From the NCBI GenBank assembly GCA_051294905.1, contig CM119373.1, positions 4,714,001 through 4,778,000 of the forward strand: a stretch of 64,000 nucleotides of DNA, in the 5' to 3' direction. The position numbers and the translations under genes were made by a program. Under the pieces are notes generated by a model that was given only the letters and a program-made list of their open reading frames with translations, was not told the DNA's origin and did not search any database. Numbering within the stretch: the stretch's first letter is position 1; each line of letters starts with the position of its first letter. Shown here piece by piece: positions 13,972 through 25,789 of the stretch. Source of the stretch: Botryllus schlosseri (taxonomy: Eukaryota).

Positions 13972-14967
13972 GTAAGATATTTAGGCTTGCTAGTAAACAT
14001 TTGGTCATATCGTATATACTAAACTTGAGATATTGTTACGCTAATGAACAATAATATGCATATGTTTGTGACTGATATCTACTATATAGATGCAACGGAT
14101 ATGGTCGTTTACGTACGATATAATCAGGACATTATGACAGTAAATGTCACGCATATCGACTGTCAAGATCAAATTATGAATTTAAATTAAGTTGTAGATA
14201 TCCGTGACCTCACTTTATTTAAATGACTCGGAACTGGTACAACAATTAATGCCATGCAATCTCCGTGAAACACACCTGTGTATCTAAACAACTCACATGG
14301 AATACTAATGTATACAAAAGATTTATCGCTCGCACCGTTATTGATTTGAACATATGCGGCTATGGATAACCGGATATTCTTACGCAATTTGAAGGTTGAT
14401 CTATGGACATGGCTAGGCAGATCATGAAAGGAAAAATTCATTCCCGAATACAGTGGTTCTTAAGCCTTTAAACTTCGGCGTCCCTGTTCAAAAATTGCCT
14501 AGGCCTGGCGCCCCTCACATATTACGGAGTGTAGTGAAAATCAATTTGCAAGAGGTCGATGTCTGGTCGGCTATTTCGGGTTACGACTAAACGAAACTAT
14601 TCAAAATATTTCGCGCTTAAATCGCGCCCGAGGACAACTCGACTAATTACCGATATCATAATTGTGTTTTCTATATGCTGGTTTTAACCAGGGTTATTAT
14701 ACCATATCATTTGGTTCGAGCCCGCTGTACACATAAGGAATTCACCTTTGCGATTGGCAATATACAGCGAAGTTAATTGTATTCGTTTCGTTTTTAGATT
14801 TGTGTGACAAGTAGATCAACCGTCTTTTAGAGATCTTTGCTCACATTGGAATACCGCACACAGTTATTACATTTAACATGAATGTATTCTATATCAACCC
14901 ATATTATATAACGTTCGTATGAGGTTGTGAGTCACAATACTAAACAGTATAATCCTTTATGATACCA

Positions 14968-15590
14968 TAGTGTCCTATATGGTGTCGACACAAGCAAATC
15001 TCACGGCTCAGTAAAATTGTATCACGTCACAATTTCCATTTGGCTACAGGCAATTTGACGGTCATATTTGACCGGCTTGCCGAGCATTAAATTTGGTAAA
15101 ACGGGTATCAATCGAAAGCTGACTCTGCACTGATTACGAAAATATAAATTTTAGTCCGCTCGTGGCCCTGGAACTCCCGCAATCAGCCTCGAATTTTTCA
15201 TTGTTATGGAGATTGGCATTGGGACGCAACAATGCTGTCTGGCGAAACGAGAGAGAAGCTCATGACGCAACAATGCTGTCTGGCGAAACGAGAGTGTAGC
15301 TCAAGAGAAAAGGGTCCAAAAAGCATTGTTGCGTCCCAATGCCAACCTCCATAACAATGAAAAATTCGAGGCTGATTGTGGGTGTTCCAGGGCCGCAAGC
15401 GGAATAAAATTTATATTTTCGTCATCAGTGCAGAGTCAGCTTTCGATTGATACCCGTTTTCACAAATTTAATGCTCGGCAAGCCGGTCAAAAATTACCGT
15501 CAAATTTCCTGTAGCCAAATGGAAATTGTGACGTGATACAATTTCACTGAGCCGTGAGATTTGCTTGTGTCGACACCATATAGGACACTA
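14968..15590. mobile_element. Foldback (MULE-like) element: near-perfect inverted arms of about 265 bp
   Basis: TAGTGTCCTATATGGTGTCGACACAAGC...GCTTGTGTCGACACCATATAGGACACTA; flanking direct repeat TTATGATACCA/TAATGATACCA (9-11 bp TSD). Confidence 0.85.
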
Positions 15591-16278
15591 TAATGATACC
15601 ATGAAGAAATATTCTGACAATTAAATTTTGTGGCTCTCTCTCAAATACAAGTATATTTAGTTAATTATATTGGTCTTAAGTTTCAAAGAATTTTTAATGT
15701 AGCAAGGGGTCTCACTCTAAAAATGATACGCAGTGCCTCTACTAATTTCACACGCAGCGCACTGCATGATACAATACCATATAGTTCTAAACATTTTGTG
15801 AAATATAATCCTAGTCAGCGTGACAGGAGACTTTTATCGTGGAATTTGAGATATAAATTGTTATGTTCGTGCATTTTCGTTCAGTGTTGTTCAACTCCTA
15901 ATTTCTATATGACTAGTAATTACCGCAAATCATTATTTCCTTGTGTGTACTTGTATTTATACCCTTTGTGTTCTGTTCTCTCTCGTCTTTCGTTTAACTG
16001 CACTCTGGATCGTGACGCCTGTCTTAAAGTTATTCTGCTGTATGATATACTGATTTCATAATGCAACCTCGTCGTATGAGTTATTGTTCAAACAAGATCA
16101 AGAACGTAACATAAATGTACTCGAAATTCAATTTTCATGAATTATAAAATAGACACTGCACTCAAGGAAACATGTTGGAAACATCGGCTTTGCATACATT
16201 TCACGCAGAGCGCAACGCGCATCTTCGTGAAATTTTCATAGCATGTATTTAAAATTACAGACCTATTTATAATTGCAG

Positions 16279-16334
16279 GTTTTATCTGCTTGACATTATC
16301 AACTAAAACGTGCACAAAAGTAGCCATTTCTTTG
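16279..16334 (+). CDS. Gene B exon 2 (GFICLTLSTKTCTKVAISL), phase 1 to 0
   Basis: taattgcAG acceptor and TTG|gtaagt donor; completes the signal peptide; counterpart of 279-325. Confidence 0.65.
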
Positions 16335-16409
16335 GTAAGTTGTAGATCTGTACCATACGACGGCTTTCAAACCTTATTAGGAAATATTGATTCTGTTGAT
16401 TCTCTAAAT

Positions 16410-17623
16410 CAGGGGTTCTCAACTTCGCTCGTATAACGGGCCGCATCGTAACAACAAAAGATGCCGCGGGCCGCATAACATTATCGCCACGTATTTGTGG
16501 GCTACTATTAAATTTAGGCTACTGTAGCCTATTTACCAGTCTTATACGGAAATTTAGTACATATTAATGCATTCTAAAGCAATAATGGACAGCGTTCGTA
16601 AGTTTGCAGTTGCTGTTTTTTTTTGTGACAATATCTATCTTTCAGCCGCGCAAGTAAATCCCTTCATGGAGCGTGCGCATAGCATTCGTTGCAAGTCGGT
16701 ATATGCACCTTCAAACCTTTCCACCATAGAGTCAAACCTCTGTTTCAATGCGTGAGCGAGCAAGTATAATATTACGTTCACATTACGTTATTCGTTGCAG
16801 AGGCCATTATCACTTTGAGCTCTCAGTGATACGAGAAGAAGTCTGGTGTGCGGGGTCATTTCTGAGCAAACCAATCAATCCATCTTATTTTTCCATTACT
16901 GGACCCCAACACATAGTTACAGAAGTCAGCTTTCTCCAGTTGATGTTTTTCACTGGTCCGCTTCGCACGTTTGCCCCGTCAGCATTTACTCTGGAAATAT
17001 GTCCATGTCCAATCTGATAAAACGCACCTGGATAATTAGCTATGCAATGTGTGTCAAGTCGGTGGATTCGTCCAACCCTAGAGGCTGAAGTAGTCTACGT
17101 GGCAACGTGTTTCAGAACACGCGATAAAACATCGACTGAGACTGCGTTGTTACTCTTCTGGTGACGATTGAATCAGACAACTATAGCTTCGAAATTTGTC
17201 AGGTGATGTTGTGTTGGCCTTGCTGCCAAGTTGCAGAAACAGCGAATATTCGCACAGTACGTTGAAGTTTTATAGCAGTCACACCTTCTCTCGCAGATTC
17301 TTGGGTTTAGCGATATTCTAAAAAATTTGAATAATGCGTCGGTAACGTCGTCGGCAATTTTAACAATGCCTCGAAATATGGATTGCTGGGATTGACACCT
17401 AGCTAGCAACGTTTTACCTAAGATCAGGCGATATGTATAACTCCAGAAGAAACTATCGTGCTATCATTTTAAGCTTCTACGCTTCGTTACAACAACTGTT
17501 CTTCGACAAATATGACACATCGGTCTTCCATAACAATACTGTGCCAGAAGCAATTGCGTTCATAATGGAAGATGTCGCGGGCCGCAAAATAATCGTCGGC
17601 GGGCCGCGGGTTGAGAACCCCTG
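16410..17623 (-). mobile_element. Internally deleted hAT (Buster/Charlie-type) transposon with transposase remnants
   Basis: CAGGGGTTCTCAAC...GTTGAGAACCCCTG termini; TSD CTCTAAAT; minus-strand relic NINWRKLTSVT...GLIGLLRNDP near 16850-16950 resembles the WxKLVSVTTDGAPAM region of Buster-type transposases. Confidence 0.85.
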
Positions 17624-17792
17624 CTCTAAATCGATATACTCGAAAACAGTCTCAATTACAATGCAACGACCTTTCGATTCAATTATTGAATGTAAAACCA
17701 AGTTTCGGTGCCAATGCTGTGTGTAGTCCTATCCATTTTCACTGGTTTAATCAAAATTGAAATTAGCAAATATTGCTTTGATTAGTCAAGAT

Positions 17793-18866
17793 CAGAGGTC
17801 TCAAACACGCGGCCCGCGAGAGCATTTTGTGCGGCCCCGACGGCATTTTGGAATTTCAAGTATTCGACAATATATTCCAGTGCCACATATCTTTTTTAGA
17901 TATAAGAACTTGAAGTTCACTCCAAAACTGCTATAAAACACTGAAATCCCAACAAACTACACTATCACATCACTTTTAAAAGCTACCATGCGGTAGAAGA
18001 TCAGCTATTACGTCACATTTATAGTTCATGATGATAAAACATGACCCGTTGATGATTCGTGACTGAAAATTGTGATTTGGTTTTGTGCGATCGTTCGTGA
18101 AATTACTCGATTTCTTGACCAATTTATTCAACTGGAAAATGGTCTTCGCGCTACGCGCGATTTTACGTGTATGGGCTTTCTAATTTTAATATAGGTACAA
18201 ACAGAAATTGTGTTAAAAATATCCAGGGGCTACGAGAAATCTTATTAGAAGCACGCAGGGTACGATCCCTAAGGTTAAGAAACAATGCTATTACTATGGC
18301 TCAATAATGATTATATTCAAGTTGTTATTGATATGTTCCAATAATAATCGAAGGCAAAATCTGACGCATTTGACTTTGACAATGACATAGTAGCAATGGC
18401 CTATACTTATCATGACTATATTATTACCCGGATTAGGCTACACCGCTCAACTGCTCTGCTATCAGATCAATCTTCAGTATAGATTTTAAAATATTCTACA
18501 TAAAATTGTGGCACGTCAAAGGTCCACTAGCTGCAATATTATAACCCGACAGTGTGACGATGTCATGAATTCATGATGCATCCTCTTGCATGATGTCTAT
18601 AACTCATTATTTGAAAAATAATGCCCGCCATAAAAACAATTTTATTCAAATATTTGAAAATATGATTTTTCCGTGTCAAGCGTGAATAGTACAATAGTAA
18701 ATTACATTTTCATGATGTTTGTGGAATGCCTGTCTTCAAGATCCCGTCAAACAAGGCCTATACTTGGAAATTCTGCGTTGAATATTCCTATTATTGGTTA
18801 TGCGGCCCGCGGCGTCAGCAAAACTATGAAATTGACCCGCGAGCACATTTGAGTTTGAGACCTCTG
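17793..18866. mobile_element. hAT-type MITE
   Basis: CAGAGGTCTCAAAC...GTTTGAGACCTCTG perfect TIR; TSD GTCAAGAT. Confidence 0.88.
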
Positions 18867-19417
18867 GTCAAGATGAACCTGACGTTTTAAAGTTCGGCCA
18901 CTGCGTTCTTATGAAATTGGAAAAGTTGAAACAACAGAAATGAAATGGTATCGTTTATAATTCTGTATTATGCTTATAATTATAATGCGAATTATTATCT
19001 AGGCGTTGTGGATACTTGCACCATAGTAAATCAATTCATTTTGTTTTATGGTAGATCGTGAATTGAGAAATGGTTGTTTTTATACCGGAGCAAAGATGTC
19101 ATGATTCAACGTAGCTACAAACCTATTACAGCTCATATGAAAAATTCTTGCATTCAATTTTATTTCTTCCTCCTTTATTGTATCTGTATTTGAGTATATT
19201 TCACGCCATGGGCAGCCGTATTCCCCCGAATTGCAGCCAAATTCTATGACCAGCGTTACAATGATGTACTTATTTTGAAACCGTTATCCGCTATTAATTG
19301 ACAATATAATATAACAACAAATTTCTATTTTATCACTTGATATTTTGGATGTAGGATTTCCACGTAGAAACTGTAACAGGATCATTTATTTAAAACATAT
19401 CTATTTCTTTCAATCAA

Positions 19418-19433
19418 GATATAACTGGACCAG
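19418..19433 (+). CDS. Gene B candidate micro-exon (D-I-T-G-P plus 1 nt) with an anomalous acceptor
   Basis: Strong CAG|gtaagt donor in phase 1 after a pyrimidine tract; the in-frame start needs an AA acceptor, and the nearest AG is 1 nt downstream. Confidence 0.3.
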
Positions 19434-19521
19434 GTAAGTTGAACCTCGAATGCTGCTGTACGCATATCTCAAAGCGAAACTCGTGCCACTTGAGGATTTT
19501 GTTTGATATCATAGTCTAGTA

Positions 19522-21460
19522 CAGTCGTTCTCAACTTTTTTCACCTCGCGGATAAGTAAAATTTGAAAAAAATGTTCGGCGGTACCGCTGAACCTTCAAA
19601 AATTGAAATTAACCCAAAATGTAAAGTATGCCACCGTTTTCTTTCGAGTATATGATATTAGAGAGTGACATTTCGAGAATTTTGGTCGGAATTAATTATT
19701 ATGTTAAGATGAAGTCCGTGTGATTTTAGGGTAGCGAGTCTGGTGAGTTGAAGCAAAATTGCCTTGCCTGGAAAAAGGTGCTACCGTGGAGAGTAGCTCA
19801 CAGTCTTTCGGGCCGAAGGCTGGGGATTTAACCTTACCACGACAACCCGAATAATATTCTTCTCTTCGGATATATCGCGTAATAAGCGAATCGTACTCTA
19901 ATCAAGCACCTTGTCGTTCAACCTTGCTTCTTGCCCACTACCACCAGACGTAGACACTACTCTGATTACCACGAATACAATATGTTGCACGAAAACACCT
20001 GACAATAGCTACACCTGGCCACCCATAAAATCAGAACCGAAAAATCATTTCGTCACCCCACCCCCCCAAAAAAAACGCGCTAGTCTTGCCCCCCCCTCCC
20101 CCACAGGATGATAAACCAGACTTCTCGAAGGGCTTCGCCCCCAGACCACACAGTCTACTAGTTATCAAATTGATTCTACTCAGTGTGAGCAAATTCATTC
20201 TACTAAGCTTAGGCAAAGTGTCTAGGCAACCTAATTGCATGAAGTGCGAAAATCTTCCTTAATCCATGACTGAATCGGTCAATAATATTGATAATCATTA
20301 TATGTATATTGCTATATATTTCTTATCCTTTTGAAATTATCGGATTTTCCGGTAGAGCTGAGTGAGGTGTCGTTTTGAAAAATTTAGAGCACTTTAGGTA
20401 AACATATTCGGACGGACCTGTCGGAATGTGCACGCTGCATCTGATTATTTCGTGATCCCCCGTCCAATGTTCTCTCTAAGCTGCGCACGTTCGCAATTGC
20501 GCAGATCTGACACGGTCTCAGCGCACAAAAAAAATCCGAAATGATTATCTTTGTTAGTCGTTACGCACGGTGTCCAAGGGAACGCGCAGTGAGTTGGTGA
20601 GGGCGCGCAGACCCGTGAATTGCCTGTGTCTGCTATGTAGTGAATAGATATCGAAAGCGCCCAAGCGTACTAAACAAAAAACGTACACGATTTCAAATTG
20701 TGTAATTCATCTCTGGCAAAGAATTTTTCTCTGTGGTTTGACATTTGTATTTTGAGGTACAGGTTGCTAGGACAGCGAGAGTCGTCGCCAGCCATTTAGG
20801 CGACTATCGACAATAAGACATATATACATCGAAGTTTTCGGCAAATATTTTCTCGCCACCCATTTTTTTCGCAAACTTTTCGGATTCCCATGTTAGCCTA
20901 AAATTCATCACGTGTTGGTGCGTCGTGATGCGGTAATGGTTAACGCCGAATGCCTATTTTTCTAAATATTTATTGGAGAAGGGGAACCCGATAATAAAGG
21001 TATTTAGTAATAATAAATCATCCGAAGCGCGAAATAAAATTTCCAAAAAAATTGTTTAAAGTTTCAAAACAATACCTAATAATCTATGTTCCATCACGAT
21101 CAATAATTTTGGGTCCTTTCAAGCTCAGGCCCGCTCTAATTGTAGGTTTTGAGTGCCGCAGTTCCGGTCCTGCACAAGATGAATGAATCAAAAGCGAATG
21201 ATCGCACAAACTGCGCGGTTTAGCGAGTCAGCTTTTACTTGTCGCTTGCATGTCGTGAAATGACACGACTTGAACTTCAAGTCAAATCGAACATGTTACC
21301 CCACGGGGTTCTGAATCGGTTAAAAATTTCATTGTTTTATTTATTTTATCAATAGAAAAGCAGCCTTTAACTTATTGCATCTTGAAATGAAGATATAAAA
21401 TTGTAATAGACTGGGTGACCGACAGGAAGGTCGTCGCGGACCGGGGGTTGAGAACCACTG
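19522..21460. mobile_element. Composite hAT-type non-autonomous element
   Basis: CAGTCGTTCTCAAC...GTTGAGAACCACTG termini; TSD GTCTAGTA. Confidence 0.8.
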
Positions 21461-21592
21461 GTCTAGTATAAATACACACAATATATGGTCGTGTGTAAAA
21501 TGCCCTTCCCGAAATGGCTATGAAGTCACGCCACGCCAAGTATCACTTGTAGTAGGTTTTCAATAAATTATTGGCGATATTTTTAATAGCAG

Positions 21593-21772
21593 ATGGGGAT
21601 TATTTGGAACGGTTTCGCCAAGCCCTTGAAAGAGTCACTGACCATCGGATAGTTTCCGTTCGTACTCATTTCAATCTGCAAAAACAGGAGAGATCCGAAA
21701 CAGCACCTGTGATAAACAAAAGTTTTACAACATCTCAGAATGAGCCAGTGACTACTGATATTGTTCAACCAG
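21593..21772 (+). CDS. Gene B 180-nt exon: amphipathic segment plus Thr-rich linker
   Basis: ttttaatAGcAG tandem acceptor (alternative start 21590) and CCA G|gtagaa donor; phase 1-1; in frame with 23891. Confidence 0.72.
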
Positions 21773-22946
21773 GTAGAAGAGCTATTCTCAACAAACATGC
21801 ATTATTATTGACCATTGAGATTTATACAGTATGCATTAGTGGTATTACCCTTGCGAATATTCATTCAAGATAGCAGAATGTTCTATTTATGTCAAATCAT
21901 AGGTCATACTTGTCTACATTGTAAATAAAGATTAGGAATGATGCATAGATAGTGGATTTGTAAGGCTACGAATTTTATAAAATTTTCTCTGTAGACACAA
22001 GTGCAAACACAACTACGTGACTGATAGGGTGTTGTCACAATAGGAATACAAAAATGAATTCATTTTTCTTTTTTACCTACACCACTTCATTACTAGCAGT
22101 AGTAGTTCATGTTTGACCGCGTAAAATGGTCTGAATAATTTGAGTGATAATCATGTTATAATTACATTCTGTGAACATTCTGATAATTCCGGGGTTAATT
22201 TTCAGTCCACAATGACTCCTAACAATAATCCAGTATTCCTGGACTTCGAGGAGAATATTAGGGGCCCATGAACGATTTTGCGCCATTGTTTGTAATATGT
22301 TGAAATAAAAATATTTGTGATCGAAAGATATTGAGATTTCGGTAAATTCAGATGTCCAACTGAAATATTGCCAGGGTTAAAATTGTTTGGGGTTTATTGC
22401 GAACACGAACTCGAGATTCGCATACTGAATTCGAACGTTCACGCCAATCTATCACCAACAATATAGCCAACGGGTAAACGCCAAAACAGGAACTGCATGG
22501 AGTCACTGGTTAAAATGTGTATTATTGGCTAAATGGGTTGAATATACATTTTGATAAAAATTCGACCACCAATTTGCTCTTGCTTCGACGACTCCATCCG
22601 CCACAGTCGAAGACATTTGTTGTGCCACTTGTCACGAGTTAACCACACAATGAGTCGCATGCAAAGTAAACACATATTGAAATCAACACCAATTTGAATG
22701 TGATATAACGTTTACCCTTCTTTTCAAAATTACATTGCAATGTTGTACCGTGACTATAATATTTATTTTTCATTTGAAACCTCCATATTATATTTGTCAT
22801 AATGTCTTTAATTATTGGCAATGGGCACACGGAAAGTATCTTGAAAGTAACATGCAAGTTAAGTACCACCAACCAACCACCCACGTAATTGATATTTTAT
22901 GTTAACGGCATAGCGCAATGCATAAATGAGTGAAAGTCAGATCATA

Positions 22947-23197
22947 CACTCTTAGCAAAAATAGGGAGCATTTCCACCCATGTATCACCCGTTATATACA
23001 GGTGTGAATATACACCCATGGCACACTAAACCAGAACTCACCTCAGACTTAAACCGCGGTATACGTCGATTACAATGTTTTAATCCAAATTATGCATGCA
23101 CGTATGACCGCGATATAATTCCGAGTTAGGTTCTGTTTCCATGTACCGCCCTTTTCGGCCCTTCGGGTGTGAATACACACTATTTTTCCAGAGAATG
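22947..23197. mobile_element. Short CACT-terminated element with TA flanks
   Basis: CACTCTTAGCAAAAATAG versus CTATTTTTCCAGAGAATG imperfect TIR; TA on both sides. Confidence 0.4.
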
Positions 23198-23890
23198 TAT
23201 AGAACAGGGGTTCGTAACCAGGAGTCCGTTGACCCCACTGGGTTACCAGGCACCAAATCAGGGGTAGGAGATGCATTGTAGAATTAGGTTAGGTCTATTC
23301 GCTATATTTGGCAAACGAAGAGAAATTGGAGTATTTTCTGCGGCAATTTATTCAATTTTCCTCGTAATACGCGCGATTTAATGTCAATTGTCTTTTTGAT
23401 TTTATATCTGTACCGTCAGAAGTTGTGTTGAAAATGGATAGAGGGTATGCAACATTTTATTAAAAGGGGTACGCGAGCTCAAAAGATAAACAAACACTTG
23501 TATAGAATAATGGTCATAAATGCATGTGCTGATCACACAGTAAGTTAAAATAAAAACCCTGACGAACGAAATATGAGGTGCCAAGAAATAAAATCCTAGC
23601 AGTATTTTCGAGCTTCAGACTATGCGATGTTTTATTCACAAATCCTTTCGTTCTCTCTCTCTCCCCCTCTCTCTCTCTTATTTTCTCTTCGAATATTCCC
23701 AAACCGTTATGCAACTAGTTCGGTCAAGATATAGTTCGGAAGAGCTTATACTCAAATATTTTTTGTTGGGAGTTGGTATTCATCGTATGCATTATTCACT
23801 GTATAACCAGCACATCGTGTTTCAAAACGTCTATCGTGATATTTTAATGGATATTAAAGTTATATTGTGATGTCAACTGTTGTATTTCAG

Positions 23891-24513
23891 AGTGCAACTA
23901 TGCCTCATTCACATTCTCGGGGAAGAGCAGCAATAACTCTGTTGCATTTACCGGCAAATTACCATCCTTCGTGAAATTCACTTTGTGCTTCTGGGTGCGA
24001 CCTGTCGGCGGGCAAGATTGGGTGGAAGGCACGATTTTAAGTTACGTACCATCTAATCAAATGGACTCGATAACCATTACGATGAGTCAATATACTTTAC
24101 AAGTTGGAGTGAACAATAACACGTATCACTGCCCGATTTCAGACCGTTACAAACGTTTCCGTTTCTGTGTCAAGATGGCAGATACCTTTTTGGCCTGCTA
24201 TGAGAATGGTTCACAAATATTACTTAATGGTCCGGGTCCCAGCATGGCACACTTTCAAGAGGGTGGTATGTTGCATTTGGGGCAAGATAAGTCGTGTAAT
24301 GAAAATGAAACTAAGAAATCGGATTGCTTCCGCGGTATTTTGGATGGATTATTTCTTTGGAATTCATTGCTCGACGAAAATCGGATACGAACAATGCCTC
24401 AACCTAATCGCTGCCAATGTGAATCTGATGCAACAGTGTCTTTCAAAAGTTCGAACTCAATCGTGGGAGAAAACGTTATTGCCCACTGGAACAAGGAGTG
24501 CCGCGGAAATTGA
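23891..24513 (+). CDS. Gene B terminal exon: pentraxin domain
   Basis: gtatttcAG acceptor in phase 1; motifs CNYASFTF, KFTLCFWVR, TILSY, EGGMLHLGQD, FRGILDGLFLWNSLLDENRI, NSIVGENVIAHW (gene A: NSVVTEDVIANW). Confidence 0.9.
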
Positions 24514-25347
24514 TGCCGGCGCCCTACTCCGGACTCACAGTGGCTTGGTAATAGACAGATCCCAGTAAAGACGTGCCTTCGCAGATACTTTGTGTCGTAT
24601 ATAGCCACAATATATATTATTTCTCAACGTACTGAACTTACCGCGAAATATAATTCTATCTGGCCAGCTATGTTACTTCAGCCATGTATAGTAAAAACAA
24701 ATTTAATGACTTAATATGCAGCGGTCTATCAGGTCGATATCTACATACGTATAAAAGTCGGTATCGCATAACTCCGGCTGAGATTCTTCTGCCTATTCAA
24801 TGAGGTTCACATTGCTGCAACTGTTTCATATGAGTGGTAATGAGAATTGAAGTGAATTTACTCACCATGAACAATTAGAAGTTTCAGTTGAAAATGTGAC
24901 ATTTCGATATCGATATACGGCCAATAATATATGATATTCGTTGCATCGGAATCCGTTGAAATGATGTAATTGATCCGGCCATATTTGTAATGCAGCCAAT
25001 CTCAATTCCACTACAGCAGTATTTTCCATTGATCGCGTACCACTTGGTTAAATATACTTTCATTGTATCACATCTTTGTCACGGTTTCCGCTCGAAGTAG
25101 TTAGCAACTCGAAACTGAGATTCAAGGTATTTTGTGAAAAATTCGGATGCATCTATATCAGGGGCGGGCAACATGCGGCCGGCGACGGGATTTCGAGCGG
25201 CCTGCAAACTGTTTCCGGTCTTACATGATAACCCGGCCCGTGTCCACAGTCTGCAGCAATTACACGCTCCTCTACTTGCGTACTAAGTCAAATTACAGTG
25301 ACTGTTGGTCTTTCTTTAGTTCTTTGTTTTCTTTGTGTTTGCTCTAT

Positions 25348-25523
25348 TGTGGTCTATACATTTGCGAGCAAACATTTCCATTATGAACATTAACAAGAGA
25401 AAGCTGCGTTGCAATTTAACTGATGTTCACGTGCTCCCATTACTAAGGGTTTCTACGTCCGACATGCAGTCAGAGTTCAAAGAACTGGTTGACAATTTTT
25501 ATCGACCACATATGTCCCATTGA
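25348..25523 (+). pseudogene. hAT (Buster/Charlie, GTF2IRD2-like) transposase C-terminal remnant; second copy at 29873-30030
   Basis: YICEQTF(frameshift)IMNINKRKLRCNLTDVHVLPLLRVSTSDM...SH* fits the STYxCEQxFSxM...RxxLTD...LR...SH* dimerisation tail. Confidence 0.8.
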
Positions 25524-25789
25524 CTGCAACAGCTATTGAAGTATCTTACATAATAAATTCCTTGAGTACTGATTTGATCTTTATGCTTCAACGTTATAGT
25601 TTACATCAAATACAATATATTCCTTGTATATGTGGATAAATCAACGACTATTGTATCGATTCAAGCATCCCGCTCGCCAGGTAACTTAATGCGGATGGAC
25701 AACTGTAGTTCGGGAGAGGAATTGGGAGGTTGACTTTTTTTTTAGTCAACCGAGCAAAATGTGGTCTTTTAGTGAAACTTTTGTGAAAA

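Noticed and set aside
15630..16061. 143-aa ORF in an intron of gene B
   Set aside because: AT-rich, non-ATG start, no motif and no supporting splice logic; probably a chance ORF
24167..24568. 133-aa ORF overlapping gene B
   Set aside because: It is an alternative frame of the pentraxin exon with no recognisable motif
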